64,000 nt of DNA from Candidatus Omnitrophota bacterium (GCA_043814605.1 JBDRJV010000013.1:34471-98470); one strand, 5' to 3'; shown: positions 29,645 through 40,217, counted from the stretch's first letter. Program-made: numbers and translations. The notes: generated by a model from the letters alone, not told the origin.

Positions 29645-30132
29645 CAGAAAATCTCCCCGAAAAAAATACCGGTCGCCAATGCCACGAGCAATGCGATACC
29701 AAAGCTGATCACATTTCGCATAACAGTCACCTTTAATCCGAAATATTCTTTCTCTATCGGATATGTGAGCACCCCAATCATCATCAAAGTAGTGGTAAAA
29801 GCAGACAAAACCATATAAGAAACTCCTTGTTTCAATAAAATTCCACACAAGGGGAAAACTATGAATCCAGGCACCAGCGTTATAGAGCCAAAAAAAGAGG
29901 CAAAAAGAACACCACGTAATTGGCTACCATCCCCCAGATAACTTAAAAGAACTTTATTAGGAAAAACAAAAAGAACGATTGAGGTAAGAATGAGCATCAT
30001 TAAGAAAGCAGGAAAAATATTTACAAATTTCCTAAAAGCTATTTTAGCCGCTTTAAGCGTTTTCTCGCGACTTGTAATAAAGGAAACCAGCACTATTAAC
30101 CCTGTTATTGCATATAACCCTAATATCCTCAA
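29644..30132 (-). CDS. Membrane permease component (paired with 29114..29644)
   Basis: Multi-TM 162 aa. Confidence 0.45.
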   Translation of the reverse strand: MRILGLYAITGLIVLVSFITSREKTLKAAKIAFRKFVNIFPAFLMMLILTSIVLFVFPNKVLLSYLGDGSQLRGVLFASFFGSITLVPGFIVFPLCGILLKQGVSYMVLSAFTTTLMMIGVLTYPIEKEYFGLKVTVMRNVISFGIALLVALATGIFFGEIF

Positions 30133-30449
30133 AATGTCACAACCTTATCGCTCTCCTTAACAATATAATACATATCTTTCATTGTAGAAATAGGACACAT
30201 TTCAGAACTTTCCTGCTCTCTTGATTTAATACAACTACCGCAGGCATATATTTTCCCGCCAGATTCTATCAGTTTCTCTGCCTGTTCAACTGTGTTAAAC
30301 TTCTCCGTGCCTATTTTTTGATATTCAACCCCCTTACCCATAAAGAAAACCTTAACGTCATCTTTTTGGGACAAGCAAAAATTAGCATATCGCAAAGCAT
30401 TCCAACAAGTCTCAACATCATTGCTTGAAATTATAACACCTATTTTCAT
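30129..30449 (-). CDS. DsrE/DsrF-like (sulfur-relay-like) small protein
   Basis: ~106 aa, MKIGVIISS...KVFFMGKGV...YACGSC. Confidence 0.5.
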   Translation of the reverse strand: MKIGVIISSNDVETCWNALRYANFCLSQKDDVKVFFMGKGVEYQKIGTEKFNTVEQAEKLIESGGKIYACGSCIKSREQESSEMCPISTMKDMYYIVKESDKVVTF

Positions 30450-30485
30450 TGTTCGCCCCTCCTTTTAATGCATTATATCCCAAAC

Positions 30486-30527
30486 AAAAACCCCTTGCAA
30501 CTGAATAAGCCACAAGGGGTTCAAAAA
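30486..30527. terminator. Intrinsic terminator (aaaaaccccttgcaactgaataagccacaaggggttcaaaaa)
   Basis: ccccttg...caagggg stem with flanking A/T runs. Confidence 0.6.
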
Positions 30528-30530
30528 TAC

Positions 30531-30745
30531 TGGCTCCCTGTATTATCTGTCCCCAGCGCTTGATTTGCCTTCCTTTTCCTGTATTAAATTTTATTTATGC
30601 AAAATTTGCAGGAGTCAATCAGCCGGGGAGACTAGTTTCGCCCCTTGAAATTGCTAAGCAATTTCAGGGACTAACGTCCTGGGAATCCAGAGGATTCCAC
30701 AGGGTCAGTTTTTCAAGAAAAAAATAATCCTGACTTTTTATTGTA
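30531..30745 (-). repeat. Composite repeat: Y-module variant (loop insertion) fused to X-module
   Basis: tggctccctgtattatctgtccccagcgcttgatttg...aatcagccggggagactagtttcgcc + gaaattgctaagcaatttcagggactaacgtcctgggaatccagaggattccacaggg. Confidence 0.8.
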
Positions 30746-30816
30746 TCTACCAACAGAAACCATGCAGAAAAGCAGGGTAACTTGATCCAAAACTAAAAAT
30801 TAACAACTAATTCATA

Positions 30817-32778
30817 TTAAATAGCCTGTTCAAAAAACTGGTTTGATTGGAAATTGACAACCTTCGAAAAACTATTCAGTGGAATTTTATTATCCACAAA
30901 TAATTTTTCTAGATACTGCTGTGTATACTTAAGCATCTTTTCGGGGAATTTTTTTCTTCTTAATATCTGCAGAGTATTTGTCTCTTCCCATTTTAAAGAA
31001 CCTGGACGTAATTTATAATCGCGTATTGCTTCTCCATCTTGGGTTGATCCTTCCTTAAAGTGCATATTTTTAATATTTTTAATTTCATCAACTAAAGTTA
31101 TAATACTCAAATCCTGCGTAGCTACCAGTCCCAACACATTCTGTTCAGCAAGAAGCTTTATTGCTGCTTTCTGGGTAACTGTTCTGTTTGTCGGTTCTGT
31201 CCCTTCAAACATCTCATCCCCCACAAAAGCAAAAATTGTCTTTTTCCCCTGCATTGCAGCCATAATATGATCAAGCATACGGTCAGATTCAACATCAAAT
31301 TTACTCATATCCTCAGCCAAAGAATCTTCGGTATTAATATGAGTACGGATATATACAGGAGTAAAATCCATGTTTTCTGCTGTGACAGGACTTCCAATCT
31401 GAGCCATAACTAAAAGCAATGCATACATTTTTAAAATAGTTGTCTTCCCGTTCATGTTCGGACCAGTAATGGTTAAAAAACTAGTTTCATCAGGATCAAG
31501 AACAATAGAGTTTGGCTCGATTAATTGCCTTAAAACATGTAGGGGGTGTATCGCATTTTGAATATTAACGTAAGGATTATCCTGTTCTAGAACTTTAGGA
31601 AATATATTAATTTGATGGTCTACTGCATTCTGCGCTATTGCTGTATAAGCATCTAATTCTGCTACTGCCCCAAAAATTCGTTTAAATTCATCCTCTTTTT
31701 TATTAAGCAACCGGCTTAATCCCTCATAACTTCTATTCTTAATACAATCTACCAAGCTAAAAGCATGTTTTTTATCTCTTAAAGCACTTAAAGTTTCTAC
31801 AATCTCTTCTAACAAAGGTAATCCCTCTATTTGAGGATATTCTTTTAAAACTTTCTTAAGTAAATATGCTTTATCTGTAAAATTAAGTAGGGCTGATTTT
31901 GCGTCCTTCATCTCCATAAGCATAGGGAAAAAAACAAATATCGCAAACATGGATATTGCAAAAATAAATATGTTGATATGTAAAGATACTGCTAATATGC
32001 CTAAATAAACATACATTATTTTAACAAAACTCTTGATTGACGGCTTTTTCTTTAAAATATTAAAAGCATACTTATCATCTGTATTTTTTAAAATTTCATT
32101 TAATGATTGCCGCAGTTCTTCATTTTTTATCAAAAAAGCCACTACTTTTTGACGCTGTTTTATATGTTCTGTATCTAAAAAAGGATTGCATAATAACCGC
32201 TTAAACCGCAGATCTCCAAGATAAGTCTTTGTCCGGTTAAAATAATTATACAAAGAAAATTCTCCTTTACTGATTATCTCTAAATCTAAAATATCACGTA
32301 TACTTAAGGGATCATGTAAAAATTCTTTTCGGTAAACAATTCCGCCATTTTCAAGCGCAGGATAATCTTCTACTTGTGGTTTTTTGTACAAGGCGGTTTT
32401 TCCTTTTCCTTTATCAATCTTTAGAGGAGCTGGCATATGTTTCTCTAATTCGTTCTGTAAATCAATTTCTCCTTCTTTTTTGCGAAATTTATACCAAGTT
32501 GTACCCACCATAAACGCAAATATAAAAATAGATATATTAATCAATCCGAAAGTCATTATTTGCATAACTAATAATGCTATCGTGCCAGACGAAATAAAAG
32601 CAAATTTCAAATATAAAAATGATACAGAAACCATCATTAACCCAGGAATCAAAAAAAACCATTTCTTTTTCTTTTTTGTCTGAGTAATATGATCTTTTAA
32701 CTTTTTCTCAGCTCGAGCAATATCATTCATTTTTAATTCTGTAACTTCTTCAGCAGTTAACGCAAGTAATTTGTCCAT
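30817..32778 (-). CDS. MutS-related protein (MutS domain V ATPase) with N-terminal TM segments
   Basis: ITGPNMNGKTTILKMYALLLVMAQIGSPV Walker A; DE...Walker B. Confidence 0.75.
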   Translation of the reverse strand: MDKLLALTAEEVTELKMNDIARAEKKLKDHITQTKKKKKWFFLIPGLMMVSVSFLYLKFAFISSGTIALLVMQIMTFGLINISIFIFAFMVGTTWYKFRKKEGEIDLQNELEKHMPAPLKIDKGKGKTALYKKPQVEDYPALENGGIVYRKEFLHDPLSIRDILDLEIISKGEFSLYNYFNRTKTYLGDLRFKRLLCNPFLDTEHIKQRQKVVAFLIKNEELRQSLNEILKNTDDKYAFNILKKKPSIKSFVKIMYVYLGILAVSLHINIFIFAISMFAIFVFFPMLMEMKDAKSALLNFTDKAYLLKKVLKEYPQIEGLPLLEEIVETLSALRDKKHAFSLVDCIKNRSYEGLSRLLNKKEDEFKRIFGAVAELDAYTAIAQNAVDHQINIFPKVLEQDNPYVNIQNAIHPLHVLRQLIEPNSIVLDPDETSFLTITGPNMNGKTTILKMYALLLVMAQIGSPVTAENMDFTPVYIRTHINTEDSLAEDMSKFDVESDRMLDHIMAAMQGKKTIFAFVGDEMFEGTEPTNRTVTQKAAIKLLAEQNVLGLVATQDLSIITLVDEIKNIKNMHFKEGSTQDGEAIRDYKLRPGSLKWEETNTLQILRRKKFPEKMLKYTQQYLEKLFVDNKIPLNSFSKVVNFQSNQFFEQAI

Positions 32779-33313
32779 ACTGGGATTAATTGCTGGCTTA
32801 TTTTTTCTTGAAGAAAAACTATCTCAATGGTTTGCTAAGAATTATTCTTTGGTTAATATCTATTACTACGGGGGAATCCATTCTGAAAAATCATTCTTTG
32901 ATTCTCACTCCGAATATAAAAACAATACCAGCTCTGTAAACCATTTTCTCCTCAAACAATACAGAAAAGATAAAGAAAGATTTTTCAAAAAATTAAAAAG
33001 CTATAATATTATTGTGAGACAAAAAGAAATCTGGAGTGTTTATGATAATACAAAAGGAACTTATAACCTAAAATGTAATTGTGATGTTGAACTAACAGTT
33101 GATGCTCTCGACAGAATTCAAGATTATCAACAAATAATTCTTTGTAGTGGAGACGGAGATTTTGCGAGATTAATACGCTACTTAAAAAATAAAGGTAAGA
33201 TTACAACCGTTTTATCAATAAAGCAAAGAACTTCTGGAATACTCAAAAAGGCTACAAATAACTTGATTTATCTTCATACGCTAAAACACTTAATCGAGTT
33301 TACCCGTCCTTAA
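32771..33313 (+). CDS. NYN-domain (LabA-like PIN-fold) protein, possibly N-terminally degenerate
   Basis: CDVELTVDALDRIQDYQQIILCSGDGDFARLIRYLKNKGKITTVLS matches NYN C-terminal half. Confidence 0.5.
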   Translation: MSILGLIAGLFFLEEKLSQWFAKNYSLVNIYYYGGIHSEKSFFDSHSEYKNNTSSVNHFLLKQYRKDKERFFKKLKSYNIIVRQKEIWSVYDNTKGTYNLKCNCDVELTVDALDRIQDYQQIILCSGDGDFARLIRYLKNKGKITTVLSIKQRTSGILKKATNNLIYLHTLKHLIEFTRP

Positions 33314-33711
33314 ACACAGAAAGCTCTACTTTCGTAGAGCCTCCGCATTCGCCATCACAAGATGGCTTTAGTCCTGTAATATAAGTATATCATAGTATAC
33401 TATTTAATTCAATTATGTCAATTAATTTTTTACTATGCTAACGACAATTATTATTTTACACTTGATTACAAATAGTTAATCCCCAAAAAGACAAGTTTCT
33501 CAACTAGTTGATAGCTATCAAATAAGATAATTTTGTGAAAACATTTAATTCTTCTGTTTATCTATAAATCCTTTCAGCAATTTTACTGAAGTAGCATAGA
33601 ATAGGACGAAATAGGGGACGTAGTTAGATAATTAGATATTAATTTCCCCGCCCCAATTTTCTTAACTTAATATATCTTAATAATACTCCTGAGATGGAGA
33701 GATTTCAAGAT

Positions 33712-33860
33712 TATTCTGATTCCCACTCGGACTCGGCGCCTCCGCCTACGCAGAAGCTCCGGCTCCGGTCGGCCAGTCAACCGCTGACAGCCGGTCTTCG
33801 ACTTACGGCCTTTTCCTCCCTTAGGTCGGCGCGGTCTCAATTCGAGTCCTCACAGCAGTG
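33712..33860. repeat. GC-rich ~145-bp repeat Z (copy of 42215..42357), ends with tRNA-Asn T-arm-like ttcgagtcctc
   Basis: cgctcggactcggcgcctccgcctacgcag...ggtcggcgcggtctcaattcgagtcctcacagca ~93% identical between copies. Confidence 0.8.
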
Positions 33861-34128
33861 AAAACCAAACAATAATAAAAAACCCCTCACATTTCTGTGA
33901 GAGGTTTTTTATTATTGGCTCCCCGTGCCCCCTAAAAGACCGAACTTTTCTGTGATTTTTTACGCAGGACTTACACTTTCACGACAAGGAAATAGGTTTA
34001 AGGTAGTCTTTCCAACCGAATAAGATTATGATTAAATGTAAATTTTTAAAAGGTTTTTATTGAAATTGCTTTCAGTAAGGTAGACATCCTTTCTGATGTC
34101 CTTTTATTTTTATACATAGATACGTCAT

Positions 34129-36999
34129 CTAACTCTGCTTATGCATGTCTATACCTTGCATAAGTTCATACGCTATATTTCCACTCACCAAACGCATAAT
34201 ACTTTCTTCCGAACTGCCAAAACTTAGTAAATTAATACTGCCATACCAAACAATCTTTTGATCTATAACCGCAAATTTCTGATGTATCTTCGGCCGGAAC
34301 ATGATAGTAATCCCGACAGCTTGAAGTACTTTGCATGCCTGTTGTGACGCTAATCTATTGTCTTCTTTTAACTCCTCGGCTGGTCTCGTTATTATTGTAA
34401 TTCCAACCTGTCTGGTTAAGGGATCAGAGAGATTTTGCATAATTTGATTAACCCGTCGCTGAGTAATAAAAGGACTCACAATTACAATTTCTTTTTTTGC
34501 ACTTATTAAGTCATTGCAATAAACAGGGAAAAATGAGCTCTTATCAAAAATAATATCAGTAGTTTGCCCAATACTTTCCCCTTGAGACTTATACCCGATA
34601 GCAGCATAACCAGTTAATCTTTTAGCATACATTTTCTCAAGCATTCTAACTCTGACATCAACATAATCGTAAATTTGAACATGTTTTTTAGTCTCATATA
34701 TTCTATGCAGTCTTCCCGCGTATTGATGCAAAGTTCCTTTCCATGAAATAGGCATAGCAAGAAACAATGTATCCAATCGAGGAGCATCAAACCCTTCTCC
34801 AATAAACGTACCTGTTGCAACTATGGTTAACTGCTTTTCCTGAGACATTGCGGCTATCCGCCTCAATAAGTCATTTGTTTCTTTAGCCCCTAAGCCCCCT
34901 CTCAATACGACAACATCAGGAATTTTCATTGCCAATTTTTTTGCCAGCAGTTCCACATGTGCTGTCCGTCCTGTAAGTACCACGCAATTCCGGCCATTTT
35001 CATAACTATTAATCACATCATCAACAATCAATTGATTGCGCATTTCATCAACTGTCATCTCAGCGTATAATTCTTGAATAGATACTGTTGTATCATCAGA
35101 GGCCGCGATCCTGAAACCGGTGAATCGTGGGATAACGTAATGCTCGAAAGGCCTTTGTTCCGCTTGTTTTTTTGCGTCAACTTTATAACGGATCGGCCCG
35201 CAATGCATAAATAGTATAGGCTGGTGACCATCCTGTCTTGTAGGAGTTGCCGTTAAGCCATACACATATTTAGCGTTCACCTTTTTAAGTATCTGCTCAA
35301 AACTGAATGCCGGAATATGATGGCACTCATCAACAATGACCATTCCGTAGTTTTTGACAGTTTCCTTTACCTCTCCAGCATCATTTAGTGACTGCATTAT
35401 GGCAATATCAATAATACCCGACAGAGCATCTCTTCCTCCGCCCAATTGGCCAATAACACTTTGTTTTTTCTTTCTCCCTCTCTTTTTTTCTGGAACAGGT
35501 AATTTTTCATCAATGATTAAGAACTCCAGCAACCGGACAATCCATTGTAATAATAACTGATGGCGATGAACTAAAATAAGCGTGTTTACTTTTCGCTCGG
35601 CAATCAGCTTAGCGGCAATAACTGTTTTACCAAACGCTGTCGTTGCGGAAAGAATCCCGTTATTGAATTTCAGGAGCTCATCAACTGCTTGCTGTTGCTC
35701 TTCCTTTAAGACTCCTTTGAATTTAACCTTAATATCCTTTCCGCGATTAGTCTGATCATCCCAACACATTTCCACAGCATACTCATTAAGTAAAACATTA
35801 ATATCCTCCTCGCAACCTCTCGGCAAACACAAATAATTATTCTTATCTTCAAAACATGAGATTACTCGCGGTTTATTATAGGTAGGCATTCTCATTGCTT
35901 GAGCTTTGTAAAATTCCGGATTTCTAAAAGCAGATAACCTTTTCAAAGCATTTAAGGCGCGCGAAGAAAATCCCTCTTTATTAATATACAGCATGTCTGC
36001 TTTTACAATAACCGTCTGCTTAGGATGGCCTGCTTTGGTCAATCTGATCCTGTTTTTCAACCACGGCTTTTCTTCATCTTCAGCTTCTCTAAGCACGCCC
36101 AATTCATTACCCGCGCAAAGTTTACTTATGAATGATTCTACGGTATCTCCTGAGAGCTTCTTTATCAAGGACAAAAATCCCCATTGATCTTCATAGGGGT
36201 TAAATTTCTCATCAATAAAAATACTGTGACCGGCTTTCCTGGCATCCAGTTGAAGTGGAAGTGCGATTAAATTTCCCATACCGCCTTTCGGCATTGTATC
36301 TTGATTTGGGAAAAACCTGTCATATGATGCAAAGGCTATTTCATGGCGTTTATTCATCGCATAGGTGATCACTGCGCTGCCAAATTTTCTGGCCAGTGCT
36401 GCAGGCAGGCACTCTTCAAAAAGAAACCACACATGCGCGCCATTTCCTGATCGTGAACGTTCTACCGCCATGGGAATATTGAATTCTCGACAAACTTCTC
36501 TTACTACCGAAACATCCTTCTCCCATCCGGTATCATCAAAATCAATCACCAGAAAATAACAATTTTCATCTGGAAGCAGCGGATAAATGCCGATAACCAG
36601 ACCGCCTCGCAAATGATTTTCAATGGCCTGCGCATCTAATTGTGCGTACAATTTATATTCACAATCTGCACACCTGGTCTTTGGTTTACCACATATTACT
36701 CTTTGCCATTCATTCAAACAGACCGGAGAATATCCTGACCTTCCCGCTTTATTCTGCCAGCGCTTAGCATATACATCATCACGGCCTCTAAATAAACTGC
36801 GAAATAACTGTATTTTTTCATTATTTGATAGCTGTTGAGAAATCAAAGGATTTTTTACAATAGTTGGCGAAGTAGGGGGCAGGCTTGATAGCTTTTTAAT
36901 AAGCTTATGTTTCTTTTCTTTTAACGATGAAATCTGAGTATCAATATCATTTATTTCATTTACAATATTCTTCTTGATATCGTCATAACTATAATTCAT
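34129..36999 (-). CDS. Three-domain fusion: N-terminal AEP primase-polymerase (PrimPol)-like domain + SF2 helicase (ResIII/DEAH) + C-terminal PLD-family nuclease
   Basis: AEP motif I LVIDFDD, motif II SGNGAHVWFLF, Zn-finger C..C...C..C; helicase Walker A ATTAFGKTV and VIVDECHH; PLD HxK motif KIHQKFAVID..GSINL. Confidence 0.65.
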   Translation of the reverse strand: MNYSYDDIKKNIVNEINDIDTQISSLKEKKHKLIKKLSSLPPTSPTIVKNPLISQQLSNNEKIQLFRSLFRGRDDVYAKRWQNKAGRSGYSPVCLNEWQRVICGKPKTRCADCEYKLYAQLDAQAIENHLRGGLVIGIYPLLPDENCYFLVIDFDDTGWEKDVSVVREVCREFNIPMAVERSRSGNGAHVWFLFEECLPAALARKFGSAVITYAMNKRHEIAFASYDRFFPNQDTMPKGGMGNLIALPLQLDARKAGHSIFIDEKFNPYEDQWGFLSLIKKLSGDTVESFISKLCAGNELGVLREAEDEEKPWLKNRIRLTKAGHPKQTVIVKADMLYINKEGFSSRALNALKRLSAFRNPEFYKAQAMRMPTYNKPRVISCFEDKNNYLCLPRGCEEDINVLLNEYAVEMCWDDQTNRGKDIKVKFKGVLKEEQQQAVDELLKFNNGILSATTAFGKTVIAAKLIAERKVNTLILVHRHQLLLQWIVRLLEFLIIDEKLPVPEKKRGRKKKQSVIGQLGGGRDALSGIIDIAIMQSLNDAGEVKETVKNYGMVIVDECHHIPAFSFEQILKKVNAKYVYGLTATPTRQDGHQPILFMHCGPIRYKVDAKKQAEQRPFEHYVIPRFTGFRIAASDDTTVSIQELYAEMTVDEMRNQLIVDDVINSYENGRNCVVLTGRTAHVELLAKKLAMKIPDVVVLRGGLGAKETNDLLRRIAAMSQEKQLTIVATGTFIGEGFDAPRLDTLFLAMPISWKGTLHQYAGRLHRIYETKKHVQIYDYVDVRVRMLEKMYAKRLTGYAAIGYKSQGESIGQTTDIIFDKSSFFPVYCNDLISAKKEIVIVSPFITQRRVNQIMQNLSDPLTRQVGITIITRPAEELKEDNRLASQQACKVLQAVGITIMFRPKIHQKFAVIDQKIVWYGSINLLSFGSSEESIMRLVSGNIAYELMQGIDMHKQS

Positions 37000-37008
37000 A
37001 ATTTAAAG

Positions 37009-38454
37009 TTAAAGGACTTCCCAATACCCGCCTTTTGCCGGGCCGATGCGCTTTAATAATTTTGCCTTCTTTAGTTTGGCAATAGCATTTTCTACTGTCC
37101 TTTGGGATAAGTTGGTTGCACCAGCTATTTCATGTGTTTTGATGAAATAGTTTTTCTGAATACATCGCAAAACTTTCTCCGCATTTTCTCCGCATTTTCT
37201 CCGTATTTCCACCGTAATTTTTAACTCTTTTCCCGCAACCTTTTTAACAGGCTTATCTTGTGGTTTATCTTTTTTCTCCAAATAAAATGTTATCTTATAA
37301 TAGTCAAAATCTCCTTCGACTTTAGGTTTTCCTTCATAATAAGCAGCCCAGCCCTTAAACATCTTATGAAAGCCTGAGCCGATATTCTCGGAAAGTTTTA
37401 TTGTCCTAAAAATCCTTGCGATGGTATTGTTTCTCGGCATGGAGAATTCTTCTTTTAAGATATACTTTATGTCCTTAGGTAATGAGCCCGGATTGAAAAA
37501 CTCTATCCTGTTGGAAAGAATTCTTATTCTCGGTTTGGCATTTGAAAAATAATCAGTGTGCATAAGAAGATTAACAAGAGCTTCGCGGATAGCTATAAAC
37601 TGCGGCGGATTCTCATCCCGAGACATTCCTTTAAGCTTAAATGGAATATTAATATGTTTTTTTAATTTTTCAAGAATTGAAAAATAATACTCATACAAAT
37701 TCTTTTGAACAGGCATACGATATTCATATCGGTTATCCGCATCAGAAAAAGAAGTGCCCGACACCTCAAGATATTCCACCCTGAAATCTGAAGCTGCCGC
37801 ATTTACGATTTCTTCTGTGCCAAAAACAAGCGCTCCTCCCACAGTTACTTTGCCCTTTATAATGATCCTCATAAGCTCAAGCATTTTCTCTGCCGAAACA
37901 TCATTATATCGGTGCTCGGGGTCAACCGATTCCAAATATGTCCTGTATCGGGAAATAGTTTCTTTATCAAGATCTTTAAATCTATACCCGGTAAGTTCTT
38001 CATCTTTTTTATCAAAAGAAGAATTCCTGTATAATGCATCTATCTCTTCTTTCGTTGCCCGCTGATCGCCGCTGCCTGTACGAACAAACGTGTTTGCAAG
38101 AGAGTTGAAATAAATTGGCTTGTCTTTGGAATACACAGAAGGAATACGAAAAGCCAATATTGTATTCCCTGCAATTGAATATTTCTTGGACTCAACTGTT
38201 ATTTTTTTATTAAATTTATCGCCTCTTAACGTGGTAAGAAAATCCTGCTCTATTTTTTCCGGATTATTAACTCCAACAACAGAATATTCCTTGCCTTTCT
38301 TTGCTATGCCAAAAATCAGCCAGCCTCCGGCTGTATTGCAAAAAGCGCTTACTGTTTCCCATGCGTTTTTAGGAATAGCAGATTTGGCCTCCTTTACCTC
38401 AAAGTCCTGCCATTCAATATCCTGCAACCTCTTAATCAATTCCTGTTTTTTCAT
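37009..38454 (-). CDS. Schlafen/AlbA_2 (divergent AAA-4) DNA-binding domain + HATPase_c_4-like + C-terminal wHTH transcriptional regulator
   Basis: FEVKEAKSAIPKN...NTAGGWLIFGI; C-terminal RTVENAIAKLKKAKLLKRIGPAKGGYWEV. Confidence 0.6.
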   Translation of the reverse strand: MKKQELIKRLQDIEWQDFEVKEAKSAIPKNAWETVSAFCNTAGGWLIFGIAKKGKEYSVVGVNNPEKIEQDFLTTLRGDKFNKKITVESKKYSIAGNTILAFRIPSVYSKDKPIYFNSLANTFVRTGSGDQRATKEEIDALYRNSSFDKKDEELTGYRFKDLDKETISRYRTYLESVDPEHRYNDVSAEKMLELMRIIIKGKVTVGGALVFGTEEIVNAAASDFRVEYLEVSGTSFSDADNRYEYRMPVQKNLYEYYFSILEKLKKHINIPFKLKGMSRDENPPQFIAIREALVNLLMHTDYFSNAKPRIRILSNRIEFFNPGSLPKDIKYILKEEFSMPRNNTIARIFRTIKLSENIGSGFHKMFKGWAAYYEGKPKVEGDFDYYKITFYLEKKDKPQDKPVKKVAGKELKITVEIRRKCGENAEKVLRCIQKNYFIKTHEIAGATNLSQRTVENAIAKLKKAKLLKRIGPAKGGYWEVL

Positions 38455-38606
38455 AATTAATCAATCTTAATCCTATGTATTAATAAACTTTTCTGCGGCT
38501 TTTACCTGTGCCTGAAATGGATATCCATGATAAAATTTTATCATCAACTTAAAAAAGATTCAATTTATTTCATCTAAAAACGCAACAATAGCAAATAGAT
38601 ATGATT

Positions 38607-38825
38607 TTACTCTTCGCTATGCTTTTTATTTTTATTCTTTTCATCTTCGCTTTCTTTTTCCTTTTTGCTTTTAAAATAAAGATATGCCCCTTTGGCGAGC
38701 AGTTCGCCAATTCTATTGATCCGTTCATCTATTGTTAAACAAAAATATTTATTCATCACAACCCCTGTAAAATCATATTTGTTTAAAAAGTTCGAATTTT
38801 CATCGACTCCCTCAATTGCCCTCAA
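38607..38825 (-). CDS. Small hypothetical protein
   Basis: ORF only. Confidence 0.2.
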   Translation of the reverse strand: MRAIEGVDENSNFLNKYDFTGVVMNKYFCLTIDERINRIGELLAKGAYLYFKSKKEKESEDEKNKNKKHSEE

Positions 38826-39161
38826 TATCCGAACTTTTTATATCTCTTCCCAAATGCACATTATAACTCATTATATTACAGCAAGTAAGCATAAATAAAA
38901 AGCCCCTCCCATTTCTGTGAGAGGTTTATTATTTTGGCTCCCCGTATTACCTGTCCCCAGCGCTTGATTTGTAAGCAAATCAGCATGGGGGACGGACGAG
39001 TTTCGCAACTGGATACAACTGAATAAAATACCGCAAGAGATAAACTGCCTCTAGATTATAAGAATGGCAAATGAACTGGAAAAATTAAATATAATTCGAC
39101 TCTGAGCGAAGTGATTAAGCATTATTGTCGACAAAGAATTTTGAAAATGAAAAATGAAAAT

Positions 39162-40217
39162 TTATATAGATTTTTCCGGACTTAATGAATTAATTATTTC
39201 TTTAGATTGTTTCCTGAGCCTAATAGTACTCTCTTGCTCTTTGTCAACCCCTAAAGCTTTGAACAGACTTATATTTTTGTACCAAACAGCCGTTCTCCCT
39301 AAGCCATCATCGAGCGTTATTTGCTGCGCTCCACTCTCGACTGCTGCAAGAAAGTTGCGCCGCAAATTTTCGCTATGCCAATCATTCCACATCTCTTGAT
39401 CCAGCCTCACAAATCCAACGTCAAATAAAGGAGCAAAAACTCCTTCTACTTTTCTCCTACTACCCAAACTATTGCCCTTATCAAAGATTATCTGATTTTT
39501 ATACATTCCCTTTTTCCGATCATAATTTGTCGAATATTCAATATAAACCCTATCTAAAGGATTGTACACATAGTTTCTTCCAGCTAGCAAAAACAAATCC
39601 GGATTTTTTTCCATATCCAGAAAGTCAAAGGCGGACGGTAAATACGAACCACGATTTTTAAATTTATAAGGATGGTTGTGCAGATTAAAAACCCCTCTGC
39701 CTTTAAATTGGTCCAGCACCGACAAAAGGAGCTTTTCTCCTGCCACAAACCCTTCTCTCTCAGATTCGTTTATAGCAAACAAAATATATTTATCCCCATG
39801 TCTTACCATAAAAAAGAAATATTCTTTATCGACTGTATCCATAAAATTTCTTATTTCCTTTTCGAGCGGCAATGCTTTGAATATGTATACAGAATTTGGC
39901 GGGTCTTTTACGTGGTCAAACAGGTCCTTAATGCCTACAAGTTTAACAAAATCGTTCTTGTCGACAATCTTTAACTCATTTTTTTTGAGGTCGCTAATCA
40001 TTTTCTGCAAAGACTCTGAATCTTCTTGAATTTTATCGAAGGATTCTGCAACATCTACTAACGAAATAGCGGGCGCTAAAAAACTTTGATCCGTTCCTTG
40101 CTCCAATGATGCCGCAAACAATCCATTCGTATGCGCAATCGCTTGAATTAACAACCAGATAAATACGCTACGCCATTCTAATCTCTTAATTATAATCCTA
40201 TGCTTGTTCCAATCCAA
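39162..40217 (-). CDS. Hypothetical protein with N-terminal signal/anchor
   Basis: ORF with hydrophobic N-terminus; no recognised motif. Confidence 0.3.
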   Translation of the reverse strand: MDWNKHRIIIKRLEWRSVFIWLLIQAIAHTNGLFAASLEQGTDQSFLAPAISLVDVAESFDKIQEDSESLQKMISDLKKNELKIVDKNDFVKLVGIKDLFDHVKDPPNSVYIFKALPLEKEIRNFMDTVDKEYFFFMVRHGDKYILFAINESEREGFVAGEKLLLSVLDQFKGRGVFNLHNHPYKFKNRGSYLPSAFDFLDMEKNPDLFLLAGRNYVYNPLDRVYIEYSTNYDRKKGMYKNQIIFDKGNSLGSRRKVEGVFAPLFDVGFVRLDQEMWNDWHSENLRRNFLAAVESGAQQITLDDGLGRTAVWYKNISLFKALGVDKEQESTIRLRKQSKEIINSLSPEKSI

